In this document: in pieces, positions 26,961 to 38,897 of the stretch
Position numbering within the stretch: the first letter of the stretch is position 1
Layout: each line of letters begins with the position of its first letter
Assembly (NCBI GenBank): GCA_965285935.1
Contig: OZ260666.1
Location: 7,316,001-7,380,000 of the forward strand
From: Ophelia neglecta
Taxonomy: Eukaryota
Reading direction: 5' to 3'
DNA length: 64,000 bases
Program-made: the position numbers and the translations under genes
The notes under the pieces: model-generated
Database searches by the model: none
What the model was told of the DNA's origin: nothing
What the model saw: the letters and a program-made list of their open reading frames with translations, nothing else

Positions 26961-27210
26961 GAAATGTTCGTGAGGTGGAAATGTATAAGTTTAGACGTTT
27001 CCGTCTTTCGAATATTTCCGTCTCACGAACATTTCCGTATAACGAACATTTCCGTCTCACGAATATTTTCGTCTCACGAACATTTCCGTCTCATGAATAT
27101 TTTCGTCTCACGAATATTGCCACACCCGAACATTTCAATCTTACTAACATTACATCTCAAAAAATACCCACTCGGGAAAATTTCCACACACGAACATTTC
27201 CACCCACCAA
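26961..27210. repeat. 17-bp tandem array (atttccgtctcacgaac) preceded by an inverted monomer
   Basis: About 8 good units at 26997-27135, with degenerate ones to ~27210. The sequence gaaatgttcgtgaggtggaaatg at 26961-26983 is the reverse complement of the unit. Confidence 0.9.
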
Positions 27211-28451
27211 CATATCTTTCAACTTCCTAGTATGCAATCTTCTAAACATATGGTGCTATATGGTTGCTCAATGTTCATATTTTACCGAAGATGACACTCT
27301 CTTTGTAGTGATTAATGCACATTAACAATTTTTTCCCGGCCGGAACAAATTCTTCGTGTACTTGTTTCTCGGTTTTCAGCTTTTTTTAGGGCTATTGGGG
27401 GCTGGGTCTTGTGTCAGGTCCTATCTATTGATAATACATTATTCGTTGCCTTTCGGGACTTTCTGTTCAGAAATTAAACGATTAGCTGTCACTTTCGAAG
27501 TGAATGCTGAGTTTGCCTCCGGCGGCAGGCACGAAATAGCGTTTGTATAGCACTTGTCTGAGGTTCGCCCTAAGGCAAACAGTACTAGACATGTATTTGT
27601 GGGATAAAGGTTCTCGTCACCACATTAATAGTAGTACAATGAAAATAGTCTTCAGCACCTAAATAAATTAATCAGCGCACTATCATACGGTTATTTTATC
27701 TCATAATTGCAAATAGGATTACTTTCAGCGCCTAAATGATTAGATATGTCTGTTCGACAAGGCACATTATGCTACATATATTTGAGTACTAGCCAATATT
27801 AACATATAAAGCTATAGAATACTTTGCAGATATATAAGAATATAGGGCCCTCTGGCTGTACAGTCCACCCGAGTAAAAAAAAGCCTAGGATTATAACAAA
27901 TCGAGGACTAAACACATCATAATGTAGAGACCGGGGACGTAATAAAGCAGAATTTTGAGATGGGATCCCTAATATAGCATGATTTCTGAACAGACGAACT
28001 TAAAATGATGTTCCAATACCAGACTCCGGAGTTAGGGTCTGACTCGAGGCTAGTAAATATAGTCAGGGAGACTTCCCAACCAGGGTTCTCCCATTACTCA
28101 TTCACCAATATGGTGTTTAAATATCAATTTCGTAATATACACATTAGGAGAACAAATCGGTCCTATATTTGCGCCATTCCACGTCGTGTAATATGCTCTC
28201 GGTCTGATCCAATGTATCAATTTTCGAATTACATTGCCACTCATGCTTTTAGGTAAAATCTATATCATTTTTATGCCCATAAAACTCACGGTTATATATT
28301 TTCTCAGCGGCTTGAGTGTTTTTTGTGTGTGTAAATGTAGACAAGTTATTGGCAGGTTTGGCTTACCGAGACAGCCATGAAAATCCTGTCCTAAAGCTGT
28401 CAGTGATATTAGGATAACCATATGTTTAAAAAAAGGGAACATATTTCCATA

Positions 28452-28734
28452 TAAATATATTTCCACGCGTTGGTTCTGATCAGACCTTACACGAAAATCC
28501 AATATAGCTGTCAGTTATATCAAGATTCTCATATGTTTATAAAAAGTGAACATATTTCGAAATAAAACGATCGTATTACATGTGTGCATTTGAATTAGCT
28601 GCAGCACTCACTTTCTGTGTGGCTTTCTAAGACCGATTCGGTGATGCTGGTGGTGGTAAATATATTTCCACGCATTGGTTCTGATCAGACCTTACACGAA
28701 AATCCAATATAGCTGTCAGTTGATGCTGGTGGTG
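28452..28734. repeat. 64-bp local direct repeat; second copy flanked by a 14-bp duplication
   Basis: 28452-28515 matches 28657-28720 with one mismatch. tgatgctggtggtg occurs at 28642-28655 and 28721-28734. Confidence 0.95.
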
Positions 28735-28851
28735 TGTGTATGTGTGTGTGTGTCTGTGCAGGAGGGAGAGGGGGGGGGGGGTTAAACACTCTTTGGTTCT
28801 ATTCAGATCCTACACACTAATGTATCCGAATTCTTTGGAGTCTGTGTACCT

Positions 28852-29175
28852 CGAGGTAGTACAATTCTAGCATGCCCGACTCAAAGCCTTAGGGTCGAGG
28901 GTTCGAGCCTCTGCCGGCGGCACGGTGTGGCTCCTTGGGCAGGAACCTTCACCTCTTATGTGCTTTTCTCCACCCAGGAGCATATATAGGTACCCGATGG
29001 GACAGAGTTGACCTCCTGTACTGATAGATAGGCCATTTAGCGCTTATCGCAAAGGCTGTATGCTCCGCGAGGAGTTGAGAATGCTCTGTTCAAAGCAGGT
29101 CCGGTGACCGGGGAGGTAATTGCAAAACTGTTAACTACTCCTCATTGCTAATTATGTTGATTTTATTATTAATTA
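28852..29175 (+). mobile_element. Near full-length tRNA-derived SINE with CORE-like central domain
   Basis: tRNA-like head (tagcatgcccgactc...ggtcgagggttcgagcc, B box ~28900-28909). Then ctccttgggcaggaaccttcacctc (CORE-like), ctccacccaggagcatatataggtacc and gctgtatgctccgcgaggagttgaga. It ends in an AT-rich (tta) tail. Confidence 0.72.
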
Positions 29176-30809
29176 CAGGACCAGTTTATTATCTGTTTGA
29201 GGACCGGAGAAGGCGGGCTAGTTACTGGCGATTTCGGGTGTTTTGGACCCATTTGATGGAATAGTCTTAATTCATGTTTGTCTGCCAGAAGTCTACCACC
29301 TTTGTATAATCTGGAGCGGGTTATTAATTATAATTGGGAGTACGCCTGCTTAGCAGAGGTAAATCTGAGGTTTGGACACAGCAGGAGACTTGAGTAACCC
29401 TAAACCTAACCCTAAAATGATCCACAAGTCCAAACCTTTCCATTGATATAAGGTTTTATGTCTTTCTTCGCTGCCTCTGCACTTCGACATTTCACCAATA
29501 GCCCTGAAGTGGAAAGTACTGTTAACCATTCACGAATGGAAAGTTCGCTGACACGAAATATTTATAGGCGAACTATACCAATACTGATGTGGAATATCGT
29601 GAATGGTGAAGTAAAAGACTTAAGTCAGGGAAAAGGCTATCCCCCATATGTCTCACGCCAGGAATAACCACGAGTAAGACGCTTGTTTTGCTGGGAAAAA
29701 ACTCTATATCAACTCCCACGACAGCCAAACACATAGTATACCTCCATGATAGCCGAGCCTCTTGTTCGAAAACGCTAGGTTTCTTGGCCAACCATTCCGC
29801 TATAAAAATAAATTAACCCGAGTCCTTAAGATGCATGTCATTTGCTCCTTGGTCAGTAGAAACATGTCGTGTCGTAGTAAATCTATCTGACTTAGGTGTC
29901 AATAAAGACAGCACCAAATAGGCAGCTATTAATATATAGATGTAGCAGATCGGGTGACGGTACAGGATAAATGTAAAATTGGGTATCAAATATCATCATT
30001 AGTCCTGGTTTACATCGGGACATCTAACAGATGATGGCAACTCATTAATAATTTACCCTTACAGCTTCACCCATCTCATGTACGGATGGATTAGTTTAAA
30101 ACAGAGACAAATAAACATTATTTATTGTATAAATCCCCCTTGTGACAGACAACCGCCTCGGCATTACCTTCCTCTTGTCCGGGGTTTTTCAATCACTGTG
30201 GGCAATCAAGCCAAGCACAAAGTTCTGCACTGGGTTATGTCTATCCATTCGGTGCAATAAAGACACACGAGCTGGATTAATTTGCCCCAGGGTCCAGTCG
30301 CCTTATCTATAAGCGAACAGACGACATCTCATTAAAGATACATCGAAGGAAATTACATCTAGTCTCTTTAATAAATGGGATTTGGTTACAATCTCTGATA
30401 TCAATGCCAAAGTATTTCCTTAATGTTTGATCAGTGGAATGTTTTATAAGATAACTTAGTACGATTTGAGCCCAATTTCTTCTGCCCAGACATAAACTAG
30501 CGCTTTAAGAGGGAGACAAATGTTTTCCTCGCCGATTATCTGATACAAAAACAGGTATAAATGATACACAATAGGAAGTTAAGCCATTCAAGTATCAATA
30601 TAAAATGAACATTGTCTAAAGCTTGTTATCAACGCAAGCCGTGCAAAGGGTCCATGGGTAAACAAATCAGAACAAGAAACTGGTAGTCATATCGCAATTT
30701 CAAGAACATCGCTCTGTTAACATGCGAGCAATTAAAAGAAATGTGATACACCAGACAATTTTTCTGGCTCGTTTACCAAATTATGACTTTTTCGAAAAAA
30801 GTAACCACT

Positions 30810-31978
30810 TCCTAACTGTTGTAAGCTGCGCCCTATCTGTAGTCAACATCTCTCTAACTGTAGTCAGTGGTGTAAACTACCCCCTTAACTGTAGAGAGAG
30901 GCATAAAGCACCGACTAACTGTAACCAGCGGCGTGAACCACTCCCTAACTGTAGCCAGCGGTGTGAACCACTCCCTAACTGTAGCCAGTGGTGTGAACCA
31001 CACCCCAACTGTAGCCAATGGTGTGAACCACACCCCAACTGTAGCCAGTGGTGTGAACCACGCCCCAACTGTAGCCAGTGGTGTGAACCATGCCCCAACT
31101 GTAGCCAGTGGTGTGAACCACGCCACAACTGTAGCCAGTGGTGTGAACCACACCCCAACTGTAGCCAGTGGTGTGAACCACACCCCAACTGTAGCCAGTG
31201 GTGTGAACCACGCCCCAACTGTAGCCAGTGGTGTGAACCACGCCCCAACTGTAGCCAGTGGTGTGAACCACGCCACAACTGTAGCCAGTGGTGTGAACCG
31301 CACCCTAACTGTAGCCAGCGGTGTGAACCACGCCCTAACTGTAGCCAGCGGTGTGAACCACGCCCTAACTGTAGCCAGCGGTATGAACCACTCCCTAACT
31401 GTAGCTAGTGCCGTGAACCACGCTCTAACTGTAGCCAGTGGTGTGAACCACACCCCAACTGTAGCCAGTGGTGTGAACCACACCACAACTGTAGCTAGTG
31501 CCGTGAACCACGCCCTAACTGTAGCCAGTGGTGTGAACCACGCCCTAACTGTAGCCAGCGGTGTGAACCGCACCCTAACTGTAGCCAGTGGTGTGAACCA
31601 CACCCCAACTGTAGCCAGTGGTATGAACCACGCCCCAACTGTAGCCAGTGGTGTGAACCACGCCCCAACTGTAGCTAGTGCCGTGAACCACACCCCAACT
31701 GTAGCCAGTTGTGTGAACCACGCCCTAACAGTAGCCAGTGGTGTGAACCACGCCCTAACTGTAGCCAGCGGTGTGAATCACGCCCTAACTGTAGCCAGCG
31801 ATGTGAACCACCCAAAACGGTAGCAAACGGTATGAACTAGGCCCTATCTGTAGCCAGTGCCGTGAACCAGGCCCTAAATGTAGCCAGCCGGAGCGAACCG
31901 CGCCCTAACTGTAGCAAGCGGTGTGAACCACGCCCTAACTGCAACCAGCGCCATGAACCACGCCCTCAAACTGTAGCC
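30810..31978. repeat. 30-bp minisatellite, about 38 units (aactgtagccagtggtgtgaaccacgccct)
   Basis: Exact 30-bp period across ~30910-31800 with degenerate flanks. It generates the five overlapping long ORFs in the track. Confidence 0.99.
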
Positions 31979-32274
31979 TTTTGCATGCTGTACGACACGG
32001 TTGTTTATAACTATATCAGTATTAAATGCTGGGGCCAGACCGTCTCCTTGAAATACTATTTTGATGCTGTCAGTTATAAATTGGGAAAATGGAATTGAAT
32101 TATATCATATCAAACAAATATCTTATAACACTGATAACTAAATTTGATTTGACTTAAAATGCTCTAGCTAACACTTTATATATTATGAGTGCTATGGTAC
32201 TGTGTTTAAGGAATACACCCTCCAGTCCCGTCCTCCTATCTGTCTAATCGTCCGCTATGTTATTATCTCCAGCA

Positions 32275-32705
32275 AATAATTCCAGAAAAATTCAAAGTTC
32301 TCAGCTTAACTGGCGTACAATAGCCTTTATAAAGAAGGATAAATCTTTAGCTGCTTAGGATTCTTCAGATCCAGTGGGACCGTGTCTGCTATTGACAAGA
32401 CTACACTTAAATAGAAGGATAAACCTTACGTTATAGGGGTGCTATGTCATCTACTGCTAAGATAACATAACTCGTGTTCCAACTATTATTCTCTACTGCT
32501 TATTTGGAATGACCCCAACTAATAAAACATCTTTCTTCGGGTAAAGTTACGGCAATGGTAAAACATTTTGGGTCGAGCAAATCTAATGGTCAATGCAAAT
32601 ATCGCAATTTTCCCAGATGACCTACAACAATACAGCATTACAAACTATATGGTCAAATTGTGTTTCAAACAACACAATTCTTTAAGTTTAACGTCGGTTA
32701 AACTG
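32275..32705 (+). mobile_element. Highly degraded LINE reverse-transcriptase relic
   Basis: Collinear remnants across frameshifts: IIPEKFKV / LYKEG (cf. PxxWKxAxVxPLYKxG), LLFS..ND (cf. PLLFSLYINDL), IAIFPDD (cf. FADD), KFNVG (cf. LxxNxxK). Confidence 0.35.
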
Positions 32706-34435
32706 GCCTTGGTTTGCAAATGATTAATTAATTAACTTAACAAGGTCATGTACACAATTCAAAGTTTGAATGAATTCCATTGATTCACAAAACACTTGAC
32801 TTATATGACAGAAGTTTAGCAAGGAAGCATTGACTGTCCGTCAAACTGGCCTCAAGTGTGCCCTCGAGCTAACTACCAAGGCTTATTTCTGGTAATTGTG
32901 ATACATTTGATCCAATAAAGAGACACTGGCTTGATGTACGGCGCCAGGGGCCTAGATTCCTTATCTTTTAGTGAACAGGCGATCTTTAATCAAAATATAT
33001 AGCGGCAGAAATTGTATCTTGTCTCTTTAACAATGGGGATTAGGGGATTTAATTGCTTTCCCTAATGTCCATGACAACCTTTCTCTGTAGTGTTTAATCA
33101 TTGAAAATTCCTAACTGTTCATTCAATACAATTCGGACATAATATCTTCGACCCAGGCATAATGAAGCGCATTCCGAGGAGGAAGAATGTGATCCTCACA
33201 TATTGTCTCAAATAAAACAGGGGGCATGTGATTAGACAGCGCTTATTATGCTGCCCAAATATCCATATAATGTGGACAGTGGCTGTTGGCGTAGACTATT
33301 TGGGATATATCTTTATAAACAAGCAATCATAAGACCATATCAAAAGAATGTAGCACTTTACCTATCGTACCGATTATAGCGTTGCAGTTTAATGTATTAC
33401 AAGGTGATTATGGCACCAAACCTGTAATGAAAGTATATCTAGTAAGCAAATCTATGTAAAAATATAGTCCTGGTGAAATAAGGGCAGATCAATGAGGTAT
33501 CCATCAAGAGGCGTGTAAAATGTTTGTAAAGTATAATAATATGTAAGAACATGGCTATATCATCATCAACGTCTTTTGATAATTTACACTTCGTGTATGG
33601 TACTAGGCAAATGGGCTTGGCGCAGTGCATGCTAATATCTGCTCTCCTCAGATAGATGTATAAATGTCTGGGGAGACAGGGTTTTTTTGAGAGGTTTCTC
33701 TGGGAATTATCGACTTTATGGAATGGAAACCATAAGGAAACTATTCATCAAGTATTGACGAGATTGTTGCATTCCAGGGCAGCAGAAGCATGTTCGTCCT
33801 ACACCACTAGGGGTAGCAACTACATCAATGTCAGGCAGCTGAAAGTATTCATCACGAAATAGTGCACGTAACAAACTCTCTTAGGCCTGCTGTTTCTCAG
33901 TGGGACCCTGCCAATAATTAGTCAAACCCTTAGAAAAATTCACGTAGCTTTCAGAACTATATTTTAATGAGTACCAGGATCATGTAAACACACGACCCCA
34001 AACTGTGGTCACGCCAACCCGTATTCCATTATCGCCAGAGAATTATTGAGGACAAAACTATCTTCTGGTTGTAGAACTGTCTCACCTAGATCCGGAATGA
34101 ATCTGAGGGGGGGGGGGGGTTACATACATATAAGAAAACTGTTACAACTGATGTGTCTATTATATCGCTTTGAAAGTGGCAGTGGAAAATAGTTAGAGCG
34201 ATAGATTCTTACCCTGAAGAATTATTTCATCAAATGTTCAGGTTCCTAGTCTCATTCTCCCTCCTGCCATTTTGAAAAGCGCCGTCTTTGATAACATATT
34301 TTTTAAGTTAGCTTACCTAATGCTAAAAGAGACCACAAACCTAAATTATGCCTATATCATGGCTAGCGGCCACTGCTTCAAGCAGTATAATGTGCATGAC
34401 GACATGACGATGTATGAATAAATGGACAATACAAT

Positions 34436-34470
34436 CCAATTTCAATTCAATTTCAATTTATTCAACTCAA
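34436..34470 (-). mobile_element. Probable LINE 3' tail (aataaa followed by ttgaa repeats)
   Basis: Minus strand reads ttgaataaattgaaattgaattgaaattg, the typical terminus of CR1/L2-type elements. Confidence 0.45.
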
Positions 34471-34684
34471 GCTCCACCAGGAGCATAGAGTACAACCCAT
34501 ATATTATTTGACAAAAAAAGCAACGTAATAAATTACATTTCAATATAATCCACCATAGAAGTCTGTTATATTACATCGCTTAATGAAAAGAGCGAGACTC
34601 TTCTCGAAACAGAAACAGGAAAAGATACTCCATTTATTACTCCATATATCATTTAGATTGTAAAGCTCCCGAAGGGGGCTCGCT

Positions 34685-34855
34685 TTCTCCTAGGCAGCTA
34701 TGCCAGGCCCCTCCCTTTTCCCACTCGAGCAGTTCTCCGGAGAATGAAAGGGACCCGCGCACATCCCAAAACCCACCCACCAACCCCATTGCCCCATCCT
34801 ATAAATCCGCCAGAGAAAAGGGAACTTTATTGCAACCCTGCCAGAGCCCATACAC
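34685..34855 (+). mobile_element. Possible solo repeat of an Ngaro/DIRS tyrosine-recombinase retrotransposon
   Basis: The block order ggcagctatgccaggccc - gcagttctccggag - cccaaaacccacccacc - tataaat - aacttt - cctgccagagcc resembles invertebrate Ngaro split repeats as I recall them. No coding part is present. Confidence 0.35.
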
Positions 34856-36249
34856 GTGAGCTTGTTTCCTTGCTAGCTTCTTACGACTGCTGAATTAAAA
34901 TTGGAATGTAAGCAAATGCACACTAAACGAGTCAAAAGGAAGTGCCATCACGGCACTAGTAATTCATATGTTTGCGAGATGTAATAACACGTAGGTCGCT
35001 CCCGCAACATACTATGCCCACACTTGTTTTAATTAACAATAAGCACTACAGCGTGAATCAAAATAAACTACTTCTTCCACTGCCATTATCTTTATCTCGA
35101 TATTAGCTTTTCTCGTGTTCTTTTAAAAACGTTAGTCATGTGACATGTGCAACAAAACGGAAATTCAGTGTTGCAAACTTTCTCGCATGTTTGCCAATAT
35201 CCCAGTTATACAGATCTTATCTGGGTACACGGCCGGGGTTTAATACCCAACAAAGGGGCTCGTTCCTTAGAGACAAACTGATACGGAATGTTGAATTTAA
35301 CTAACACTTGGATGCTAAACAGAGACGCCACTGTGTGTTAACAACAAGACCCCGCTGTGCAGCTCTGCAATCGGTATCACACAGTAGGACTAGAAGACTT
35401 TTGAACGAAATTTTGTCGGCCATCTTCTGCTGAAAAATATGTCTTCCTGGGTACAATAACAGTGTTTGCCATAAGTTAGAGACAATGGTCATGTTTTATT
35501 CTTTTCTTGGAAATGTTTGTCGTGATTCCCAGATAGGAACGCAGGAAGAACCGACCTGTGTGCGTTGATGGTCTGACAGAAGTGTGTATGCCAATCCGAA
35601 ACTTTTAGTTAAACAACAATCTCTTACAACCCATAGTCGACTTCCTCAGAGATCCTGCTATTCATATCTCAGACTGGCAGCTTCTCCTCATTACTGTTCC
35701 ATTAGAAGTGTTTCAAACACCACCAGGGCTTATGAAAAGCAATAATTATCACCCCAATGCTTTGAAGCGACACTGGCAAAAATAATGGAGATTCATTGTA
35801 CCGTCGTTTAGTGGCCTGGGGGTCTTTCTTCCTAGAGATATGGAAGGAAATGGCCTGGGTCGCATTTAAACGACCCCAGTAATCTTCACGGGCTTATCCA
35901 GGGTGTAAGAAGGCGGAGTATGGCTACACATAGAGGGCGTAGAATAGGGGTCCTATACTACTGGAGGTTGGAGGGGGGGGGGGGTTAAGAACTAAGCCCT
36001 TGTACAAGTTGAAAAGGGGTACTGGAACCTTAAAGACTCAGCAGGAGGTTTTAATCAGAGAGATTGTTGTCTATAAGTTTGTAAATGGTGCCACTGATAC
36101 GGCCACGTGGTGTTAGGCACTAGGATCACCATGAGCAACGATAAAAGGATTATAACGCGGTCAGTTTAGCCAGGTCACCACTGTGGTTTAATGACAATAC
36201 AGAGGAAGTAACCTTCCGGCTTGGATGTCTCAACGTGTCCCTACTCCGT

Positions 36250-36480
36250 ACATGAAATCCTGACTTGGTATGTGTCCTCACTTGATATGTGAAATCCTTA
36301 CGTGGTATGTGAAATCCTTACGTGGTGTGTGAAATCCTTACTTGATATGTGAAATTCTTAGTTGGTTTGTGAAATTCTTAGTAGGTTTGTGAAATCTTGA
36401 CATGGTATGTGAAATCATTACTTGGTACGTAAAAAATAAGTACTTGGTAGGTGAAAAAAGCACTTGTTAGGTGAAATCAC
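36250..36480. repeat. 20-bp minisatellite (gtgaaatccttacttggtat), about 11 units
   Basis: gtgaaat recurs every 20 bp from ~36289 to ~36416, with degenerate ends. Confidence 0.93.
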
Positions 36481-38685
36481 ACTGTTTCCGAACTATGAGA
36501 TGACATTCAGGTCAAAAAAAAAAGAATGATGAATTGTTCTACTCGGGACAAATTAAAAATACGAATCTCACCTGCAATCAACGCAAACACGACACACGTT
36601 TTTTCTGACATATTTAAGAGTATTTAAAGCAGTGTAAGGCAAAAACCTCTGATGAGGTAATCTTCTGAAAACAGCATATAGGAGCGACATCAAGTTATAC
36701 AGTAATGGGCAATGTAGCTTGAGAATGGACATCTGTAGGGGGTTGTCTTAGTAACCAGTCAATATTTTAGAGGTACAGGAGAGAGCCAATGACGTCATAC
36801 CCACTTATTTTCGGACGAGTAAATATTGAATGGGACGCTTGTCCCTACTGTGTTTGAAATGACGCACTATAACGTTAATGCGTTATTCAAGCCAGATAAC
36901 CCTGGTGAACATAGAACAGGGAATAAAAGGTTTTTTTCGTGTGCAGGACGTGTCAGGTTCTATATTTCATTTTAAATTTCCGACCGGGCCGTCAGGGACG
37001 GTACTTATCGTCAGAGCTAGTCACATGTTAAAACTAAAGTGTTAAACCTTATACTTAATTTGATTGTAGGATAGAACTGATTGTAGGAAATGAACTTTGG
37101 AAAGAGTCCAATGTCGGCTGATCACATGCAAAACAGTTTCCGGAGCAGAAATTTACATTGTCCGAAATTTAACAAGTCGAACTCGCTGAAAGTATTAATT
37201 GAACAGTAGTTGATGAACATCTTCGATGAAGCTTCATGTAAGGAAATTCAAAATAAGCATTAGATTTGGAAACAAGTTAACATCATTTCTTAGGTAACTA
37301 TAGGTTATACGTGTTCACAAATAGCTATCATTACATTCCAAACCACAATACCCTGTGAGTCGTGTGGTTGCCAAGTATTAATAGGATCCTTAGCGACCAG
37401 AATCATCCTCATTAGTGGCCGTACTTGTCAATTAGATATTATATAATCATTATTACATGTGGGAGTTGTCGCCAGTCTGCGTAAAGACCTTCATGTGAGT
37501 GGGTGCACTTTAATGAGCATCCCGGAGACTAAGTCATTTACACAGCAATTCTAAAATGGCAAATCCAACGTGACATTAGGCGCACTGCAAACCAATGAAT
37601 GTCTTCTAACACACCATCAACTTGCCAAATATAACAGTCTAATAGATTGGCATGTAAGACCTGGCCCCATAGGACTGAAACCAATTAAAATGACCTCCTG
37701 CTTTCATGAGTTGCGAAAGCCAATTTTGAAGGCAATTATTTCACCTTTTTGCCTTTTAAGCCCACTGATAAATACAAAAACGCCCTTGCAAAGAACACAG
37801 ACTCCATAACATATAACAAAAAAAGGATGAAATTGTTTTAATCTATTATAATAACTAAAAGACAATAATCATGTCCACTTATTCTAGTATTGTTGTTTTT
37901 TCTCGCGAGCATTTCTTACCTCACAGCAGTATAGTTCATATGTAGGAAGAGCCGAAATATTCGCTATCTATGCAAAAATATCCTAGACGAGGAAATTTCC
38001 TAATTCTCCGTGACTGATGAAAATATCAGATGAGTGTTAAAGACAGCAATATACACAGGAGGTAGTCTCTTGACAAGAACACATTTTCATGAGCGGAGAA
38101 TTAATGTGTTTTCAATAAGCCATCATTCAATATAGATTTAATCGCATTTTTTCAAGGTTAGTATTGGCAAGTTTATCTACTAACATAATCTGGCAAATTT
38201 GTGAATTAAGTAATTGATAATGCTAGTGTGCACCTCTATGAAGGTCATCTAGCCATTATCGATCAGTCCATTATGGAGCAATGCTGAAATAGCAAATCCA
38301 ATCTTGCCATAAGACCCGGTGGACCCAATTATTAACGTCTACCAGACTATCTGTTCGCCAGACACTACAGCTGTGCACATGGGCATGTAATATCTAGGTA
38401 CTGAGGATATAAACCAATGCGAATGTTTTCTTCGTATGTGAAAGCACGAGGGTGGACACCCGGCAAGAACGGTCAGCTGCAGGCCCAGAACAATATCTTT
38501 TAAGAGTTGCCAAAGCCAATAAAGAAGGCAATTGTCTCGTCTAGCATACTAAACTAATATAAAATAGTCAATGTAAAAGGACAGAATATTAAACGCACTT
38601 AAAAAGAAAAATGATCAGCTGTTGTTCTGATGGGGCTGAGTTCGGTTTTATGCTAGTGGTAGCAGGAAACAAAGGATTTCGACCT

Positions 38686-38897
38686 TACCAGTGTCGTTAT
38701 CCCTTTACCTAGAGTCTTCTAAGGCAGCTAAACTCAAATGATATCCACATTACCCGGTCCATTATACGTACCTTCAGACTTCCCAGGTAGTTAAACACAT
38801 ATGATATTCACATTACCAGGGCCATTAAACTTACACTACGTCTTCTTAGATGGCTAAACGTACGTGACGTGCCATTATACTTTCCGTTAGTCTTCCA
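38686..38897. repeat. Degenerate ~63-bp tandem repeat, about 3.5 copies
   Basis: ttacc..g.ccatta.ac.tac...gtcttc..ag..gctaaac....tgatat.caca recurs at ~38686, 38750 and 38813. Confidence 0.75.

Noticed and set aside
29394-29417. Interstitial telomere (taaccc-like; also ~9205-9270)
   Set aside because: Only 2-4 imperfect units, which is common inside invertebrate repeats.
29458-29667. Merlin/ISXO2 transposase (TVNHS)
   Set aside because: Only five residues match, and the flanking motifs are absent.
30810-31978. CRISPR array or genuine 228-296 aa CDS
   Set aside because: The units are head-to-tail with no unique spacers, and there are no cas genes. The ORFs follow automatically from a 30-bp unit that is stop-free in most frames.
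34050-34275. First two exons of a gene on the minus strand (caaaATGGCA...g|gtaaga)
   Set aside because: In-frame stops occur in all frames of the first exon, and the product is unrecognisable.
36640-36685. Minimal hammerhead ribozyme (ctgatgag...gaaa); similar site at ~43890
   Set aside because: No convincing stems II and III, and no properly placed cleavage triplet.
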